64,000 nucleotides of DNA from Dissulfuribacterales bacterium (lineage in GTDB: Bacteria; Desulfobacterota; Dissulfuribacteria; Dissulfuribacterales; DYLC01), in the NCBI GenBank assembly GCA_041287365.1, contig JBEULL010000030.1, positions 11,782 through 75,781 of the forward strand. Direction: 5' to 3'. Shown piece after piece: positions 63,334 to 64,000 of this stretch (positions within the stretch are counted from its first letter, which is position 1; every line of letters begins with the position of its first letter). A program made the position numbers and the translations under genes. The notes beneath the pieces are model-generated. The model was not told the DNA's origin, did no database searches, and was given only the letters and a program-made list of their open reading frames with translations.

Positions 63334-63699
63334 CTACTTCTTTTTGATAGCGGAACGGCCAGGACCTTTGCGGGTTCTGGCATTTGTACGAGTACGCTGC
63401 CCTCTGACAGGCAATCCCTTGCGATGCCTGAGGCCACGATAACAGCCAAGATCCATCAATCTTTTGATATTGATACCGATTTCTCTGCGTAAATCACCTT
63501 CCACTTTATAATCGGCATCTATGATCTGACGCAATGCCTTGATATCATCATCGGTCAACGCGTCCGTTTTTTTACTGTAATCCAGAGAAGCCTTATTCAG
63601 AATCTCTTTTGCGGTGGAACGCCCTATACCATAAATATAGGTCAACGCCACCTCAAGACGCTTATTTTTTGGCAAATCTACTCCTGCAAGTCTGGCCAC
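63334..63699 (-). CDS. rpsM: 30S ribosomal protein S13
   Basis: [30 protein letters not shown]; GTG start. Confidence 0.99.
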   Translation of the reverse strand: MARLAGVDLPKNKRLEVALTYIYGIGRSTAKEILNKASLDYSKKTDALTDDDIKALRQIIDADYKVEGDLRREIGINIKRLMDLGCYRGLRHRKGLPVRGQRTRTNARTRKGPGRSAIKKK

Positions 63700-63714
63700 A
63701 ACAACCCCCTTTTC

Positions 63715-63828
63715 TTAACCCTGACGCTGTTTATGTCTTGGATTGGTACAAATCACTCTTAATACACCATTACGTCTGATTATGACACATTTTTTACATC
63801 TACGTTTTACTGAAGCACTGACCTTCAT
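63715..63828 (-). CDS. rpmJ: 50S ribosomal protein L36 (zinc-binding form)
   Basis: Below the ORF-track cutoff; hand translation [37 protein letters not shown]; GAGG SD. Confidence 0.97.
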   Translation of the reverse strand: MKVSASVKRRCKKCVIIRRNGVLRVICTNPRHKQRQG

Positions 63829-63851
63829 AATACACCTCGTTATTTTTTACC

Positions 63852-64000
63852 TTATTTAGCACGATATACTATGCGACCCTTGGTCAAATCATATGGTGAA
63901 ACTTCCACGATTACCTTATCACCTGGCAAAATTCTGATATAATTCATTCTCATTTTACCAGAAATATGCGCTAAAATTTTATAACCATTTTCCAATTCGA
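63852..64000 (-). CDS. infA: Translation initiation factor IF-1 (3' part, start outside the window)
   Basis: Hand translation [48 protein letters not shown]. Confidence 0.97.
   Translation of the reverse strand, partial: ELENGYKILAHISGKMRMNYIRILPGDKVIVEVSPYDLTKGRIVYRAK

Overview
A 64-kb bacterial chromosome segment, mostly housekeeping genes. Gene content (homotrimeric-type porin, short PurH-like protein, sigma-54 NtrX-type regulator, FmdB zinc ribbon, persulfide-reductase-like flavoprotein) suggests Desulfobacterota (inference). It carries tgt-yajC, mpl, bcp, a TolC/MFP/RND efflux operon with a VKOR-thioredoxin protein, panCD, thyX, nadB, pgpA-cinA-thpR, cheW-MCP, tsaE, a NodIJ-type ABC transporter, two DAHP synthases, mfd, znuACB, greA and the end of the ribosomal protein cluster (infA, rpmJ, rpsM, rpsK, rpsD, rpoA, rplQ). 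I found no rRNA, tRNA, CRISPR array or transposase. The most unusual structure is a family of six ~125-190 bp intergenic elements. They have ~20-bp terminal inverted repeats and a core that is either an inverted heptamer hairpin ((AATGTTG)n...(CAACATT)n) or a GC-rich segment. All six face the same chromosomal direction whatever the flanking gene orientation, all sit at gene 3' ends, and three supply the host TGA stop codon. Other oddities are a chemoreceptor with a ~60-heptad signalling domain, a 5'-truncated surface-protein pseudogene with an in-frame TAG, and an exact 28-bp duplication inside tolC. All calls come from reading motifs by eye; no database searches were run.
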